A stretch of DNA of 63,904 bases, counting the filler, from Octopus bimaculoides (Eukaryota): NCBI RefSeq assembly GCF_001194135.2. It is 8 parts of 8 records of this genome, joined end to end, with 100 filler letters (N's around TTAATTAATTAA, not from the genome) between each part and the next. Parts side by side here need not be neighbours in the genome. Positions count along the whole stretch, not along the records: positions 62,903 to 63,904 come from NW_026419189.1; 7 more parts are not named here. One strand, 5' to 3'. The notes beneath the pieces are model-generated. The model saw only the letters and a program-made list of their open reading frames with translations. It ran no database searches and was not told where the DNA came from. The first letter of the stretch is position 1; the number at the start of each line of letters is the position of its first letter. The translations under genes and the position numbers were made by a program. Shown piece by piece: positions 62,803-63,904 of this stretch.

Positions 62803-62902
62803 NNNNNNNNNNNNNNNNNNNNNNNNNNNNNNNNNNNNNNNNNNNNTTAATTAATTAANNNNNNNNNNNNNNNNNNNNNNNNNNNNNNNNNNNNNNNNNN
62901 NN
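62803..62902. other. Artificial scaffold spacer
   Basis: 44 N + TTAATTAATTAA + 44 N. Confidence 0.97.
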
Positions 62903-63412
62903 ATAAATATAAATCAAACTAAGTGCCAGGGCCTGCTATCAGCTTTTGTTCTTAAACAAATTCCTAATTGTGTATTTCACTTTGAAAATTATACGTAGGC
63001 CCTCCACATTGATAGACTCTCACATATCTTATAAACAGACATATGTTTACATTCAGGTGAACAGAGAGCCAAATAGAAACCAATTAGACGACAAATCAAG
63101 CGGCATTATGTACACACACGTACACACACACATGTGTATGTATATATATATAGACGTATATATGCATGCGTATGCAGATACAAATAGATGCATATACGTA
63201 TATATTATATATAAGACAAACATACATACATATTTATATACATATCCATATATACATACACTCGTATATACATACATATATATATGTATATATATATATA
63301 TTCACATACATATATTTACATCTTCACATAAATGCATACATAAATATATATATATATATTTATATGTATGTATATGTATATATATATATATGATTATATA
63401 TATGTATATATA

Positions 63413-63460
<48 letters not shown>

Positions 63461-63727
63461 CAAAATACTGTGAAAATACCAAACAAACACAGACAGAAAA
63501 ACACCTGTAAAGCTAACCACGCTACTAAATGAGATATTGATAAACATACATAGAGATACTGAAACATATACGCGTATACCAAACCAAATGTACACAGACT
63601 GAAAAATAAATACACATAAATACACGGAGGGAGACAAAGAAAGAGAATGAGAGATGGAGAGAGCAAGAGCTAGAGTGAAAAAAGGACAAAGAGAGAGATA
63701 GAGAGAGATAGAGAGAGAGGGACAGGG

Positions 63728-63830
63728 TATAAATAAGATGGCGGTTTGCGTTATAAAACCTCTCTTTACGCTAGAGTGACGAAAAATGGCCGATCATGCT
63801 TCGTAACAAGAAATGAAATGACGGAAGTGA
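63728..63830. promoter_or_regulatory. Possible promoter-proximal motif cluster
   Basis: TATAAATA at 63728-63735, YY1-type AAGATGGCGG at 63735-63744 and AAAATGGCCG at 63783-63792, ETS-type ACGGAAGTGA at 63821-63830; locally CpG-rich. Confidence 0.35.
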
Positions 63831-63904
63831 TCGAAAATGATTTTGGGCAAGATTATACATGACAGGAAGCTACAAGATAGTCAAATATAATTAAGAAGAT
63901 ATAC

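Overview
Eukaryotic, AT-rich, repeat-dense draft-assembly DNA. It is most likely from an octopus or other coleoid cephalopod (inferred from recalled tRNA-derived SINE families and extreme microsatellite density, not from a search). There are no prokaryotic features: no rRNA, CRISPR or operons. The window is eight blocks joined by seven artificial 100-bp spacers (44 N + TTAATTAATTAA + 44 N), with further N gaps beside microsatellites, so adjacency across spacers is unproven. Most ORF-track entries are microsatellite or N artefacts. Host coding sequence is limited to two phase-compatible + strand exons of a FAM110-family gene (50777-50915 and 52929 to at least 53369) and one orphan candidate exon (9507-9694). 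The rest is SINEs of at least three families, MITEs, and remnants of hAT, DD37D Tc1/mariner, RTE and CR1/Jockey-like elements. Penelope-like elements (PLEs) appear as a nearly intact RT fragment at 28373-29560, an RT fragment at 2094-2183 and a GIY-YIG remnant near 56.8 kb. The most unusual structures are a ~4.2-kb interrupted palindrome (673-4850) with patchwork arm identity, minimal hammerhead-ribozyme motifs in PLE debris inside its left arm, a 4 x 71-bp tandem array of tRNA-like SINE heads, and a ~440-bp foldback with a terminal hairpin. I found no clearly new multi-gene system.
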